Program-made: the position numbers and the translations under genes
Origin: a bacterium
GTDB lineage: Bacteria > Joyebacterota > Joyebacteria > Joyebacterales > Joyebacteraceae
Assembly (NCBI GenBank): GCA_025782395.1
Contig: JALGZD010000218.1
Location: 87,556 to 151,555, forward strand
Reading direction: 5' to 3'
Length of the DNA: 64,000 bases
Part shown: positions 51,714 to 62,500 of the stretch, piece by piece
How positions within the stretch are numbered: position 1 is the first letter of the stretch
Layout: the number at the start of each line of letters is the position of its first letter
The notes under the pieces: model-generated
The model's input: the letters and a program-made list of their open reading frames with translations, nothing else
Told to the model about the DNA's origin: nothing
The model's database searches: none

Positions 51714-52697
51714 TCAGAATGCGGCAGTCAGTGAGAACCTGAAGGGACGTTTGAGCCCTTCAGCCTGCGGCACATTCGCGATGTCGAATGCGAAGTCCCG
51801 ATACTTGAGCCCCATCCCGAAGGCGAAATCCTTCACTTCTCCGTCCTCATCGTACACGTAGCCCGCGCGTAGGCTCAGGAGGTCGAAGTACCGGTACTCC
51901 GCGCCAAGATTGAGAATGACGCCTGTGGACTGATCCATGATGTCCTCGATGATGACAAGCGACTTGTTGTAGTCACCGCACACCATCACCTTGTTCATCT
52001 CATCCGAGATGACCATGTAGGAAACACCGAGCTTCAGATTCCGGGGGAGAGGATCCGACTGTTCCTCGTCGATGTATGCGATTCTCGGTCCGACATGCTG
52101 AATCGCTCCTCCCAGCCTCAGTCTGCCGTCCCACAATCTGTAGAGCGCGCCGATGTCCGCCGCGAACGTCGTCCCCGCTCCCTTCTGCTGATCCTGCGTG
52201 TACTGAGCGGGAGCGAGATTGACGTAGACGAATTTGAGATTGAGGCCCAGCGCCAGATTATCGGTCAGGAGAGTGCCATAGGCCACCGACGGTATGACCT
52301 CGTAGGAACTGAATGTGCCGATTGGGTCCGGGCTGTCCGGATCCGTGGCTATCTGCTCACCGTACGTGAGATAGACAAGAGACGCCCCGACAGTACCCAG
52401 GCCCTCGATGCGCTGCGCGTACGCCGCGTACTCATAATAGACATCGTCCCAGTCCGGGACCAGCTGCGTGTGCATGAGCGTGACGTTGAACTCAGCTCCG
52501 ATGAATGCGAGTCCGGCAGGATTCCACGAGACGGCACTTGCATCCTCCGCCACGGCTGCAAAGCAATCGCCCATACCGGCCGGCCTGGCGCCCGGCTGGA
52601 TGTAAAGCGACTGAGCTCCGCCGATCGACACCTGCGCGTGTGCCGGTGCCACGATCGCAACTGCCAGCAGCGTCAGAAGCATTCCTGTTCTCAGCAT
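51714..52697 (-). CDS. FadL-fold outer-membrane beta-barrel, PorV/PorQ/PorP-like
   Basis: 327 aa. Signal peptide. GARPAGMGDCFAAVAEDASAVSWNPAGLAF N-terminal motif typical of FadL/PorV-like barrels. Ends ...SLTAAF. Confidence 0.45.
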   Translation of the reverse strand: MLRTGMLLTLLAVAIVAPAHAQVSIGGAQSLYIQPGARPAGMGDCFAAVAEDASAVSWNPAGLAFIGAEFNVTLMHTQLVPDWDDVYYEYAAYAQRIEGLGTVGASLVYLTYGEQIATDPDSPDPIGTFSSYEVIPSVAYGTLLTDNLALGLNLKFVYVNLAPAQYTQDQQKGAGTTFAADIGALYRLWDGRLRLGGAIQHVGPRIAYIDEEQSDPLPRNLKLGVSYMVISDEMNKVMVCGDYNKSLVIIEDIMDQSTGVILNLGAEYRYFDLLSLRAGYVYDEDGEVKDFAFGMGLKYRDFAFDIANVPQAEGLKRPFRFSLTAAF

Positions 52698-52730
52698 ATC
52701 TCGGTCTCTCCCCTCAGTTGTCCATGAAAA

Positions 52731-55700
52731 TCATCTCATGATGACGGCTCTGCCGATCGCCTCGGCCTTGTCGCCACGGTAGCTCCTGGAGACGGCGGAA
52801 ACTCTGTACAGATAAACTCCGTTGGCCGGCTCGTCTCCTACGTGATCCCGACCGTCCCAGAAAACCTGATTGGCTCCTGCGGTCGCATCGATGTCGTCCA
52901 GCGTGACGATTCTCCTGCCTCCCACCGTGAAGATATCGATCCTGACGTCCGCGTCCACCGGCAGCTGGAAGAGGATATAAGTACCCTCTCTCCCCGCGTC
53001 AGGGAACGGATTCGGGTGGTTGGCAACATTCCGTATCTCGAAATCGGCAGCCGAGATCACTTCGAACCAGAGGTTCTCGCTCTGCCTGTTGCCGACGTTG
53101 TCGCTCGCCGAGAGCGAGAGCGAATGGCCGCCCAGTGGCATTGATGGAAGATCGTACTCGAACGAACCCCCGCGAAAATCCCCAAGGTCGCAGATGAAAT
53201 CACCGGTCAGATCGGTCGAATCGCTGCTGTCGATCTGAAGGATGATGCCACGTCCACCGCCCTCGGTCGCCAGGTTGATTCCGCTCTCGTCAAAGAGCGA
53301 GATCGCCATGGTTGCACTCGGCAGAACCGAGGCCCCACCACCCTCGAATTCGAGAGCGATATCCGGGCCGGTGTGGTCCGAGACTTCCACCGAATCCATG
53401 AGTGCCACGTTCTCCAACGAGAAAGCCCCATCAGTACCGCTGCCGTAGGCGTACACCCGGACTCTCCCGTATGGACCCTCGCGCGCCGCAGTCGAAACGA
53501 CGAACTCCGTAGACAGATCACCGTCCAAGACCGCGACCGGTCCCCGGAAGATCGTCTCTCCCGGAAGCGAGTAGTCAACGTGATATCCGCTCGACTCCTG
53601 TGTGTACCCGGTCGTGTCTGCGCTCTCCGAGACACGAATGAGCGCGACCCCGTCCAGACTCTCGATAGCACCCGTGCCCTCACCTTCGACTTCGATCCTC
53701 GAGCCACGCTTCATCGGGTCGAGGTCGTCGGAGACGAGAACACCGCCTCCTACGGGCGCTGCCAAGGTCAGGCCCGGATCGCCCAGCACAACGAACTTCG
53801 AGTTGTTCCACCATGCAGACAGGCTGCCCCACATTGAAAACGCCGTCTGGAACGCACACCCTACGTCCATCACAGCTTCAGGACTTGTCTGCTGGTATCC
53901 AAAGATGGCCCTGAGGAAGTCGCGGTTGAAATTGGCATTCTGGTTGGCCCCTGAGTCCCGCGTGCTTCCGATGGAGATGATGGAACCTCCTATCGCGGAT
54001 TTCGCCAGGGCCTCACCCAGGGAATCGACGGTCTCATGGTCGAACTTATTCAGCCTGCACGAAGCGGCGAAGAAAAGAGGAAGAGTATCGATGTTGTTCA
54101 GAAGTGAGACGTCATCAAACAGTAAGACGGACTCATGAGCAATGACGATCTCACTGCCGTGGCCCGTGTAGTTCAGAAGGAGGGCGCCCCCGTTCCAGGC
54201 GTCGATGACGTCGGCCCGGGCGGCAGGCTTCATCGTGCCCACTTTCTCATATTCCATGAGATAAATCTTGCGCCGATCCAGAGGGAAGGGCAGCACATCA
54301 GTGGCTATCTGCTCCGTCTGCACGGTGTGCAACCACTCGGTGGAGCCGTCCACCGTGTACTCATCGTCGCCCAGGAGAATGGCTGTGTTCTTCCAGAGGC
54401 CCGGCTGCTCTGCCAGCTCGTAGCGCTCAATCTTGTCCACCATCGTCGCCGCTTCCGTGACCGTGTCAACGGACAGGCGTCCGAGAGCGATGTTCATGTC
54501 ACACCGGACAGTGTCCTCGAAGCAAACGTACCAGACGTCGGCCGGCCAGTACCAGGGCGAGAATGATGTGGCGAATCGGAGCATGTGGTGCACAGGAATG
54601 TACGTCGGGAGACTTGATGAAGCGTACCCGCGGGAATCGGACGTCCCGTCGCCGATCAGGACTGCGTGTGTGGGCGGTACAGCCTCATTCTCCCAGGTGA
54701 ACTTGAAGTAGTCCCTGATGGCGGCCGCATCTACGATGCCCCACGAGAATTCGTCGTAGATGTCGGACACCTTCACCAGGCGGACGTCGAAGCTGCCTCC
54801 ACTCGCGCTCTCCCTGATGTTCTTCAATCGGACGGCATCATCGTAGAACATGTCGTGAACAACCATGAGGTAGTCGTGCCCGCCCGGTGTTCTCAGGTCC
54901 CCGAACTCATCCAGCTCCAGCGACGGCGTCAAGTACGCTGCGGATGAGATCGCCGCATACGATGCCGTATCTGCGGCATCGTCCTGAAACACAATAGCGT
55001 TGTCCCTGCCTGCGGTCCCATGTGAAACGCCCGGTATCGTCCGAACGGTGAACTTGTTCATGATCTTGTAGACCATGACATCCGGATTCTGAAATCCGGT
55101 GACCGTGTGTTCCACAATCCCTGTCCTGCCGGAGCTTCCGAAGAAGACGCGATCGTTGGTCGCAATCAGGTTTCTCCAGTACGTGATATCGAACCAGTCA
55201 ATGTATATCGACTCGTCGGTCGCCCCGGGGATATCTCGCGGAAGGTAGATCTCAAGCGTGTTGTAGCCTTCATTGATGGAGAGGCTGTCGGCTTCGAATC
55301 TCATGTCCCCATAGGCATTCCCGTAGGCCTCGTACGCCTCTTCTCCGTTCAGAGAGAAGATGACATGGTGATCCGGATTGCAGGGGAAAGAGCTGTTGCC
55401 GTAGACGCTCGCCGCGAGACATCCGAGCGAGTCGGTCCTGACGTGGCTCAACTGCTCGTGAAAGTAGCGACGACTCTCGCTCTTCGTCATCTCGTGCCAG
55501 AACCAGTTGTCGGACCGCCCCTGACGCGTGAGGATGTTGCGCTCGAAATGCGTACGCACTCTGTGGGCATCAGCCAGGATCGGCGTTGGTGAATTCTGCA
55601 GGTCGTCTTCTTCCATACGGAGAGGATCGGCACTGAATCCCGACGGCGCACCCTGGTTCTCCCACGTCAGCCAGTAGACATTCTCGTTCGCGAAGCGGTT

Positions 55701-56762
55701 CTCGTGGTAGGGCTCCTCCGGATTCTCAATGTCGAATTCGGTCGACCACCCGTCGGCGCCCAGCGCATAGAAGACCACGCAGTCACCGGGATCGAATGAG
55801 CTATCACTCTCACCCGGCACACGTATCGTACACTCTTCCATCCAGTCCGGACGTGGTTCGAGCACGGAGGGTGGCATCGACAACCCGCCCCCGCTGAACA
55901 CGCGAAAGGTCGCAGGATCGATCGCGCCGGCAGCCACACCGAGGGAGACCAGCGCGTCATAGGGAACGCTGTAGAATCCCCTGTCCGAGACCGACATCTT
56001 CACCCAGTTGGACGACGTATAGAAGTAATCCCCGTCACGACGACCAGAAACGTCCAGGCGGTTGCCGACCCGGCGCCAAGCCCTACCGCTCTCGTAGTTC
56101 AGGAGACTGACCCGGAACATATTCTCTCGCCGCGCCGCATCGCGGAGTGGACCGCCGTCCTCGCTCACGGCGCCTCGCTTGAGTCCACTGAATGTCAGCC
56201 TCGCTTGAATCCTCTCCTGCGAGATCAGAGTGTTGCGGGCGGGATCGAACTGAACAGGATGGAACTCCAGAACGACAACGCGCTGGGTCGCGAACCACTT
56301 GGGCCCTTCAAAACTTGCGGCCGTCGGGGGCCAGAGACCGGATATCTCATAGACACTCCCTTCCTGCCGCTCGTACCGGCTGAGTTCACCCGCCGGCACC
56401 CGCACAGAGGATGGAGCCGGAGCCACTCGGACCCCTTCCGTCGACTCTGTTCCGCCCGTTGTCAGCTGGAGCTCGACCGTCTCACAGTCGGGAACGGCAA
56501 GCATGACTCGGATGCATGGGAGATCGGGACCACCAGGAACCGCCAGGAACTGCGAGTGAGGCAGAGCGATCGAGACGTAGTCGCGATCATCTATCGTCAG
56601 AGCCGTGAGAATCGGCTCCCCGGGTTCGCACACGAGCGTGATGCCCGTTTCGTTTGACTCCACGAGCGTGACCGAGGCCGGAACCGCCGCTACGGGACTT
56701 GCGAAAGCTACAATCCAGATCGCCGCCGGCACAGCTGCCGCGAGAGAGCTTCGGTGACTCAC
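52731..56762 (-). CDS. clan CD C25 (gingipain-like) cysteine peptidase with T9SS-type/FlgD-Ig-like C-terminal domain
   Basis: 1343 aa. Signal peptide. Catalytic dyad context LLNYTGHGSE (His) and FFAASCRLNKF (Cys). C-terminus NPFPDAG...VRIDIFTVGGRRIVTL...WDGRDHVGDEPANGVYLYRV. Confidence 0.65.
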   Translation of the reverse strand: MSHRSSLAAAVPAAIWIVAFASPVAAVPASVTLVESNETGITLVCEPGEPILTALTIDDRDYVSIALPHSQFLAVPGGPDLPCIRVMLAVPDCETVELQLTTGGTESTEGVRVAPAPSSVRVPAGELSRYERQEGSVYEISGLWPPTAASFEGPKWFATQRVVVLEFHPVQFDPARNTLISQERIQARLTFSGLKRGAVSEDGGPLRDAARRENMFRVSLLNYESGRAWRRVGNRLDVSGRRDGDYFYTSSNWVKMSVSDRGFYSVPYDALVSLGVAAGAIDPATFRVFSGGGLSMPPSVLEPRPDWMEECTIRVPGESDSSFDPGDCVVFYALGADGWSTEFDIENPEEPYHENRFANENVYWLTWENQGAPSGFSADPLRMEEDDLQNSPTPILADAHRVRTHFERNILTRQGRSDNWFWHEMTKSESRRYFHEQLSHVRTDSLGCLAASVYGNSSFPCNPDHHVIFSLNGEEAYEAYGNAYGDMRFEADSLSINEGYNTLEIYLPRDIPGATDESIYIDWFDITYWRNLIATNDRVFFGSSGRTGIVEHTVTGFQNPDVMVYKIMNKFTVRTIPGVSHGTAGRDNAIVFQDDAADTASYAAISSAAYLTPSLELDEFGDLRTPGGHDYLMVVHDMFYDDAVRLKNIRESASGGSFDVRLVKVSDIYDEFSWGIVDAAAIRDYFKFTWENEAVPPTHAVLIGDGTSDSRGYASSSLPTYIPVHHMLRFATSFSPWYWPADVWYVCFEDTVRCDMNIALGRLSVDTVTEAATMVDKIERYELAEQPGLWKNTAILLGDDEYTVDGSTEWLHTVQTEQIATDVLPFPLDRRKIYLMEYEKVGTMKPAARADVIDAWNGGALLLNYTGHGSEIVIAHESVLLFDDVSLLNNIDTLPLFFAASCRLNKFDHETVDSLGEALAKSAIGGSIISIGSTRDSGANQNANFNRDFLRAIFGYQQTSPEAVMDVGCAFQTAFSMWGSLSAWWNNSKFVVLGDPGLTLAAPVGGGVLVSDDLDPMKRGSRIEVEGEGTGAIESLDGVALIRVSESADTTGYTQESSGYHVDYSLPGETIFRGPVAVLDGDLSTEFVVSTAAREGPYGRVRVYAYGSGTDGAFSLENVALMDSVEVSDHTGPDIALEFEGGGASVLPSATMAISLFDESGINLATEGGGRGIILQIDSSDSTDLTGDFICDLGDFRGGSFEYDLPSMPLGGHSLSLSASDNVGNRQSENLWFEVISAADFEIRNVANHPNPFPDAGREGTYILFQLPVDADVRIDIFTVGGRRIVTLDDIDATAGANQVFWDGRDHVGDEPANGVYLYRVSAVSRSYRGDKAEAIGRAVIMR

Positions 56763-57229
56763 CAGGAGTCCTCCTCGCCTGCAGCGCCGGTGAATGCAGA
56801 ACTCACATCGCTTCGATTGATGACGCCGACGACCCGGCTGTCTTCGTCGACCACGGGCAGGAGAACGTGCTTGTTGTTGAGCATTACAGCAGCGACCTTC
56901 ATCATGGACGTTCCGGGACCGACCGTGTGTGGATCGGCATGCATAATATCCTCTGCAAGGAAAAGCGTCGGTTCGATCTCCGACATCGTCTGCGCTTCGA
57001 TCGCTCCGAAATCGTCGAGAAAAGCGAGATCATCGAACATCGAAAGATAGTGCGGAAGAAATATGTTTATGAGTTCTTCATGTGTGACGACACCGAGCAG
57101 ACGGCCGTCCTCGTCGACGACCGGGACGCCGGTGATTCTATGGCATCTCAGAAGCTCCGCAATCTCAGCGATGTTCGCCGACCGTCCGACAGTGACGACG
57201 TCCGTAGTCATGTAGTCGCGCGCCTTCAT
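56759..57229 (-). CDS. CBS-domain pair protein
   Basis: 156 aa. Two CBS motifs (DYMTTDVVTVGRSANIAEIAELL...ITGVPVVDEDGRLLGVVT; ...HVLLPVVDEDSRVVGVINRSDV). Confidence 0.7.
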   Translation of the reverse strand: MKARDYMTTDVVTVGRSANIAEIAELLRCHRITGVPVVDEDGRLLGVVTHEELINIFLPHYLSMFDDLAFLDDFGAIEAQTMSEIEPTLFLAEDIMHADPHTVGPGTSMMKVAAVMLNNKHVLLPVVDEDSRVVGVINRSDVSSAFTGAAGEEDSW

Positions 57230-57276
57230 GTTCCCCCATTCCGGCGAGGCGATTCCTCGTGCCCTTTGTCAGGCGC

Positions 57277-57735
57277 CTACTTCACCGAGTCGAAAAGCCT
57301 GAGCACATCGTCCACAGAGTCCGTTGAGAGAAGCAGTTCTCTGTTCCCCTCGTCCTTCATCAGAAACGACATGTGCGCTATCAGGTTGAGGTAGAGGCGC
57401 GACGGTTCCTCCTCCTTGGGTGCCCCGATAAGGAAGACGAGTCGGACCGGATTCCCGTCCAGGGCTCCGAAGTCTACGTCTGTCGTCGTGCGCCCGAACG
57501 CGAACACCACATCGCGCACTGCCTTGCTCTTCGCATGAGGGAACGCTACTCCGTAGCCCACCCCCGTCGACACGAGTTCCTCTCTGGCCAAGACGTCGCT
57601 CAGGAAGATGTCGGCATCCGCGACCTTCCTGGATCGCGACAGCAGATCCGTCATGCGTCTGATGACTTCTTCTTTGGTACCGGACGTGACGTCCAGGCTC
57701 ACAAACCTGCGATCGGTAAAGGCTGATAGCTTCAT
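57277..57735 (-). CDS. ptsN: PTS EIIA type-2 nitrogen-regulatory protein
   Basis: 152 aa. GVAFPHAKS active-site His region. EIIA-Ntr fold signatures. Confidence 0.75.
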   Translation of the reverse strand: MKLSAFTDRRFVSLDVTSGTKEEVIRRMTDLLSRSRKVADADIFLSDVLAREELVSTGVGYGVAFPHAKSKAVRDVVFAFGRTTTDVDFGALDGNPVRLVFLIGAPKEEEPSRLYLNLIAHMSFLMKDEGNRELLLSTDSVDDVLRLFDSVK

Positions 57736-57748
57736 CCGGGGAGAGCTC

Positions 57749-58705
57749 CTAGGCTTCCTTGTACTTACCCATACTCATGAACTTCTCGAGCCGGCGGTCC
57801 ACAAGTTCGGTCGGGCTCAGCTTCTCAAGCTCGCTCAAGTGCCTCCGGATCGCCTCACCGACGTTCCGCGCCGCCATCTCGGGATCTCTGTGCGCCCCAC
57901 CCACCGGCTCACGAACAATCTCGTCGATCACACCGAGCGACATCAGGTCCGGCGCCGTTATCTTCATGGCTTCTGCAGCCTGCTGCGCCTTGGCGGCGTC
58001 CCTGTAGAGAATGGATGCGCACCCTTCGGGTGAGATCACGGAGTAGATCGCGTACTCCATCATGAGAACACGATCACCGACGGCGATGCCCAGCGCTCCA
58101 CCACTGCCGCCTTCGCCGATAACCACTACAACGAACGGCACCGGAAGACGCGCCATCTCGTGCAGATTCACGGCGATGGCCTCAGCCTGTCCGCGCTCCT
58201 CGGCACCGATACCGGGATACGCACCCGGCGTGTCCACAAAAGTGATGATCGGACGTCCATATTTCGCCGCCAGCTTCATGAGCCTGAGAGCCTTGCGATA
58301 CCCCTCAGGGTGAGCCATGCCGAAGTTGCGCCTGATGTTCTCCTTCGTATCCCTGCCCTTCTGGTGACCTATCACAACTACCTTGCGATCGCCCCAGAAG
58401 CCGAATCCGCCGACAATGGCCGCGTCATCACCAAAGCGCCTGTCACCGTGGAGTTCGACGAGCTCTATGCCTAACATCTTCACATAGTCCAGCGTGTATG
58501 GACGACGCGGGTGACGCGCTATCTGTGTCATCTGCCACCGGGTGAGCTTCCCGTAGATCTGCCTGCGCAGCTCCCCGGCCTTCGCCTCCAACCGTGTCAG
58601 CTCGGAGGCGACGTCGATGTTCTGGCTGTCCGCGAAGCTCCTGAGCTCGTCTATGCGCTGTTCCAGCTCCAGAAGGGGACGCTCGAACTCAAGCCATCCT
58701 ATCAT
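57749..58705 (-). CDS. accA: acetyl-CoA carboxylase carboxyltransferase alpha subunit
   Basis: 318 aa. [17 protein letters not shown]...[15 protein letters not shown] canonical AccA. Confidence 0.9.
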   Translation of the reverse strand: MIGWLEFERPLLELEQRIDELRSFADSQNIDVASELTRLEAKAGELRRQIYGKLTRWQMTQIARHPRRPYTLDYVKMLGIELVELHGDRRFGDDAAIVGGFGFWGDRKVVVIGHQKGRDTKENIRRNFGMAHPEGYRKALRLMKLAAKYGRPIITFVDTPGAYPGIGAEERGQAEAIAVNLHEMARLPVPFVVVVIGEGGSGGALGIAVGDRVLMMEYAIYSVISPEGCASILYRDAAKAQQAAEAMKITAPDLMSLGVIDEIVREPVGGAHRDPEMAARNVGEAIRRHLSELEKLSPTELVDRRLEKFMSMGKYKEA

Positions 58706-58722
58706 ATGTGTCCCACCTCCGA

Positions 58723-59466
58723 TCAGAACGAGTCGTAGAAAGCGAATCCAAGTGCCCTGCTGTTCAGTTCAGGCGAGCCGCTGGGGCCTACGATGTTCCG
58801 GAAGTAGATGTCAACCTCGAGCTGTTCCATGAATATCCAGCGGAGCCCGAAGTTCAGGCAACCAGTCGTGCCTTCGGGGTCACCCTCGAGTCGATCCATC
58901 TCCCATTGGTACTCAGCAACGACCGAGAACTCCTGTGAGAGACGCGCCGACGCGCCAAAAACGATGTCCGGCTTCGCTCTTTCCTCATCAAGAGTTCGCG
59001 AAAGCCCCGCGTGCGCCTGCCAGAACTCGGAGAAAGGAAGTGTCTTGGCAGCGCTTACATAGATGCCGGGCGAGGCCTTTTCGTACTCCCCGCTCTCCAG
59101 CTGCCGACCGTATCCCCTCGAATCGTAGCCGATGGCGATCTCGGGAATGACGTCCGTCTCCTCGGCTATCCGGAGCTTGATGTCGAACTCTATGCGATCC
59201 TCCCACTCCGGGGACCCGCTCCCCACGACATTCGAGGCCCCGTAGGAAACGCCTGCCAGCACGTAGTCCGAGATTCCAACACGCAGCCCGGTGATCACGC
59301 CCCCATCGGGCACGATACGCATCCCGAGGGAGTACCCGCCCTTTGGAAGCCCGTATGCGCTCTGGAAGTCGACCAGCTTGATCGGATGCTCCACCTGAGC
59401 CGCGGCTATGGATGGAAGCACCACGATCAGAATGAAGAGAGCCGCAAGTGCCCTGCTTCTCTGCAT
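58723..59466 (-). CDS. small outer-membrane beta-barrel protein, unknown function
   Basis: 247 aa. Signal peptide [24 protein letters not shown]. Alternating hydrophobic pattern. Terminal ...FAFYDSF. Confidence 0.45.
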   Translation of the reverse strand: MQRSRALAALFILIVVLPSIAAAQVEHPIKLVDFQSAYGLPKGGYSLGMRIVPDGGVITGLRVGISDYVLAGVSYGASNVVGSGSPEWEDRIEFDIKLRIAEETDVIPEIAIGYDSRGYGRQLESGEYEKASPGIYVSAAKTLPFSEFWQAHAGLSRTLDEERAKPDIVFGASARLSQEFSVVAEYQWEMDRLEGDPEGTTGCLNFGLRWIFMEQLEVDIYFRNIVGPSGSPELNSRALGFAFYDSF

Positions 59467-59541
59467 CTACGGGTCCTTTCAGCCGACCGGAATGCCCCAT
59501 GATTTGGGAGAAAATATAGCAACGTTGGAATTCGCTGTCAA

Positions 59542-62500
59542 TCAGAAACGCGGTTCGGGCACCCCGGCTCGTTGCGCCGCCCCTACCAGCTCGACGGACG
59601 ACTGTCCAACGAGCGGCTCCAGATCATTGAGAAGCTCCCGAGACAGTTCGACCCTTATCGTTCCCACCTCTATCTTCAGTTCCCGCCCATCCACGGTCTC
59701 GAGAACGATGTCGACCCGACATCGACCCGGGTGCCGCAAGAGAACGGCCCTCACATCATGGAGGAGCGACTCCTCAAGACCTGTGGTGGAGAGATGAATG
59801 GCGATGCGCTCAACGAATCGCCCCATTGCGCTCGACAGCGGGACGATTTCACCAACAATGATCTTCGGCTCCTGCTCCTCACGGGTTGAGAGCTTGCCGT
59901 CGATGATCACGGCGGCCTCGTTTCTTATCTCTGCCTGCCGCTTTGCGTAGATGCCGGAGAAAATGATGGCCTCCACGCTGCCGGTAAAATCCTCGATGGT
60001 CGCGAACGCCATCCGCTGTCCCTTTCTGTCGTTCGTCGTCTTCACCTGGGTGATGATCCCCCCCAGGCGGACCTCCTCGCCATCATCGATCTCACTCAGA
60101 TCCTCGATGGATGCGGTGGCGAAAGCATCCAGCTCTCGCCCGTATCGAGCGAGCGGGTGCCCCGTTACATAGAACCCGAGCACGTCCTTCTCCCGCGAAA
60201 GCGAGAAGCTGTCGCTCCACGGCTCGGCTTCCGGGAGTTTCCTCGGCTGGACCGTCGCCGCCTCATCATCGCCGCCCCCGAAGAGCAACGTCTGTCCGGA
60301 GTCCCGCTCCCGCTGGAGACGCTGACCAAGCTCGAGCGCCGCGGGAATACCCGCCATCTGCTGCGCGCGGTGCCCATGGAGTCCGTCCATAGCGCCCGCC
60401 GCGATGAGGCTTTCCAATACTCTCCGGTTCACGAGCCTCAGGTCAACGCGGCCGACAAGATCGAAGATGTCACCGAATTCGCCGTGTTTCTGTCTCGCAT
60501 CGACAAGTGACTGGATCGCCGGGAGCCCGACGTTCTTTACGGCACCGAGTCCGAACTGGATGTCGTTCCTGGCACTCGCCAGGAAACCGGCGTGCCCCTG
60601 ATTGATGTCTGGAGGGAGCACCTGTATCCCCATGCGCTTGCACTCGTTCATGAGGACCACCATCCGATCGGTGTTGCCCATCTCGCTCGTCATCGCGGCC
60701 GCCATGTACTCAGCGGGATAGTGCGCCTTCAGGTAGGCCGTCCTCACCGCGAGGATAGCGTAGGAGGCGCTGTGGGCCTTGTTGAAGCCGTAGTCTGCGA
60801 ACTTCGCCATCTGATCGAAGACCGCGATCGCCGTCTTCTTCTTGATTCCACCTGCTGTGGCGCCCCTGATGAACTCCTCGCGCTGCTGGTCCATGACGTC
60901 TGTGACCTTCTTGCGCATCGCGTTGAGAAGAACATCCGCTTGGCTCATGGAGAACCCCGCCAGCGCGCTCGACACCTGCATCACCTGCTCCTGGTACGCG
61001 ATGACGCCGTACGTCTCACCAAGGACCGGCTCCAGGTTCGGGTGAAGAAACCTGACCTTTTGCTTGCCGTGCTTTCTCTTGACGTAGTCGTCGACCATGC
61101 CGGAGCCCAGCGGGCCGGGGCGGTACAGCGCGTTGATCGCTATCATGTCCTCGAGCCGTTCCGGCTTCATCTTCCTGAGAAGATCCCGCATTCCCGACGA
61201 CTCGACCTGAAAGACCCCGACCGTATGCGCGGCCGCGAGGAGTTCAAAGGTGGCGGAATCATCAAGCGGGATATCCTGAGGGGTCAGGGTGACACCATGG
61301 TTCTCCCGCATCATCTCTATTGCATCATCGATGACGGTCAGTGTTCTGAGACCGAGAAAATCGAACTTGAGGAGACCGATCTTCGAGAGCGATTTCATCG
61401 CGTACTGTGTCGTGATCTCATCGCGGTTCGTCTTGTACAGGGGTGCCCAATCCGAGATCCGACCCGGCGCGATAATGACGCCTGCGGCGTGCACGGAAGC
61501 GTGTCTGGAGAGCCCCTCGAGCGTCTTCGCGTACTCGAACAGCTTCACATGTCTGTCGTCGGACACTGCGAGCGCCTTGAGATCGGGCACGCGCGCGATC
61601 GCATTGGCCAGAGTGATATTGAGTTCACGCGGGATCAGCTTCGCTATGCGATCGATTTCGGAGTACGTGAACTTGAGAACGCGGCCCACATCTCGTATGA
61701 CGGCCCTGGCCTGCATCGTTCCGAAGGTGATTATCTGGGCGACGGAATCTCTGCCGTACTTGGACGTGACGTAGTCGATGACTTCGCTCCGCCGCTCGTA
61801 GCTGAAGTCGATGTCGAAATCCGGCATGCTCTTTCTGGCCGGATTGAGAAAGCGTTCGAAGACCAGGCCGAACTCCAGGGGATCGAGTTCGGTGATGCCC
61901 AACGCATAGCTTACTATGCTCGCCGCTGCCGAGCCTCTCCCGGGTCCGACCGCGATGTCGCGTCTTCTCGCCTCGCGTATGAAATCGTGAACGATCAGGA
62001 AATAGCCGGAGAAACCCATCCCCGCTATCATCTCAAGCTCCGTTGTAACGCGATCCTCGATCTCCGGCGTGATGGTCTCGTATCTCTCTGCGATCCCCTC
62101 ACGGGTCAGAGCAGTCAGATAGGCCGCCGCGTCCTGGTATCCGTCCGGAATCGGAAAGCGAGGCATGTGAACCCGACCGAACTCAAGAGAGAGATTGCAC
62201 TTCTCAGCGATCTCGACAGTGTTGCTACAGGCCTCAGGAAGGTCGGCGAAGATCTCCTTCATTTCCTCCGGCGACTTGAAGTAGAACTGATCGTTCGCCA
62301 TGCGCATCCGGTTTGGATCATCGATCTCCTTCCCCGTCTGGATACAGAGGAGCACGTCGTGGGCGGCCGCGTCCTCGCGACGGAGGTAGTGGCAGTCGTT
62401 CGCCGCCACGAGAGGCACACCGAGTTCCTGCGAGAGCTGTTTGAACCCCTGGATGACACGCTCCTCCTCCTCCAGACCGTGCCGCTGTACCTCAAGGTAG

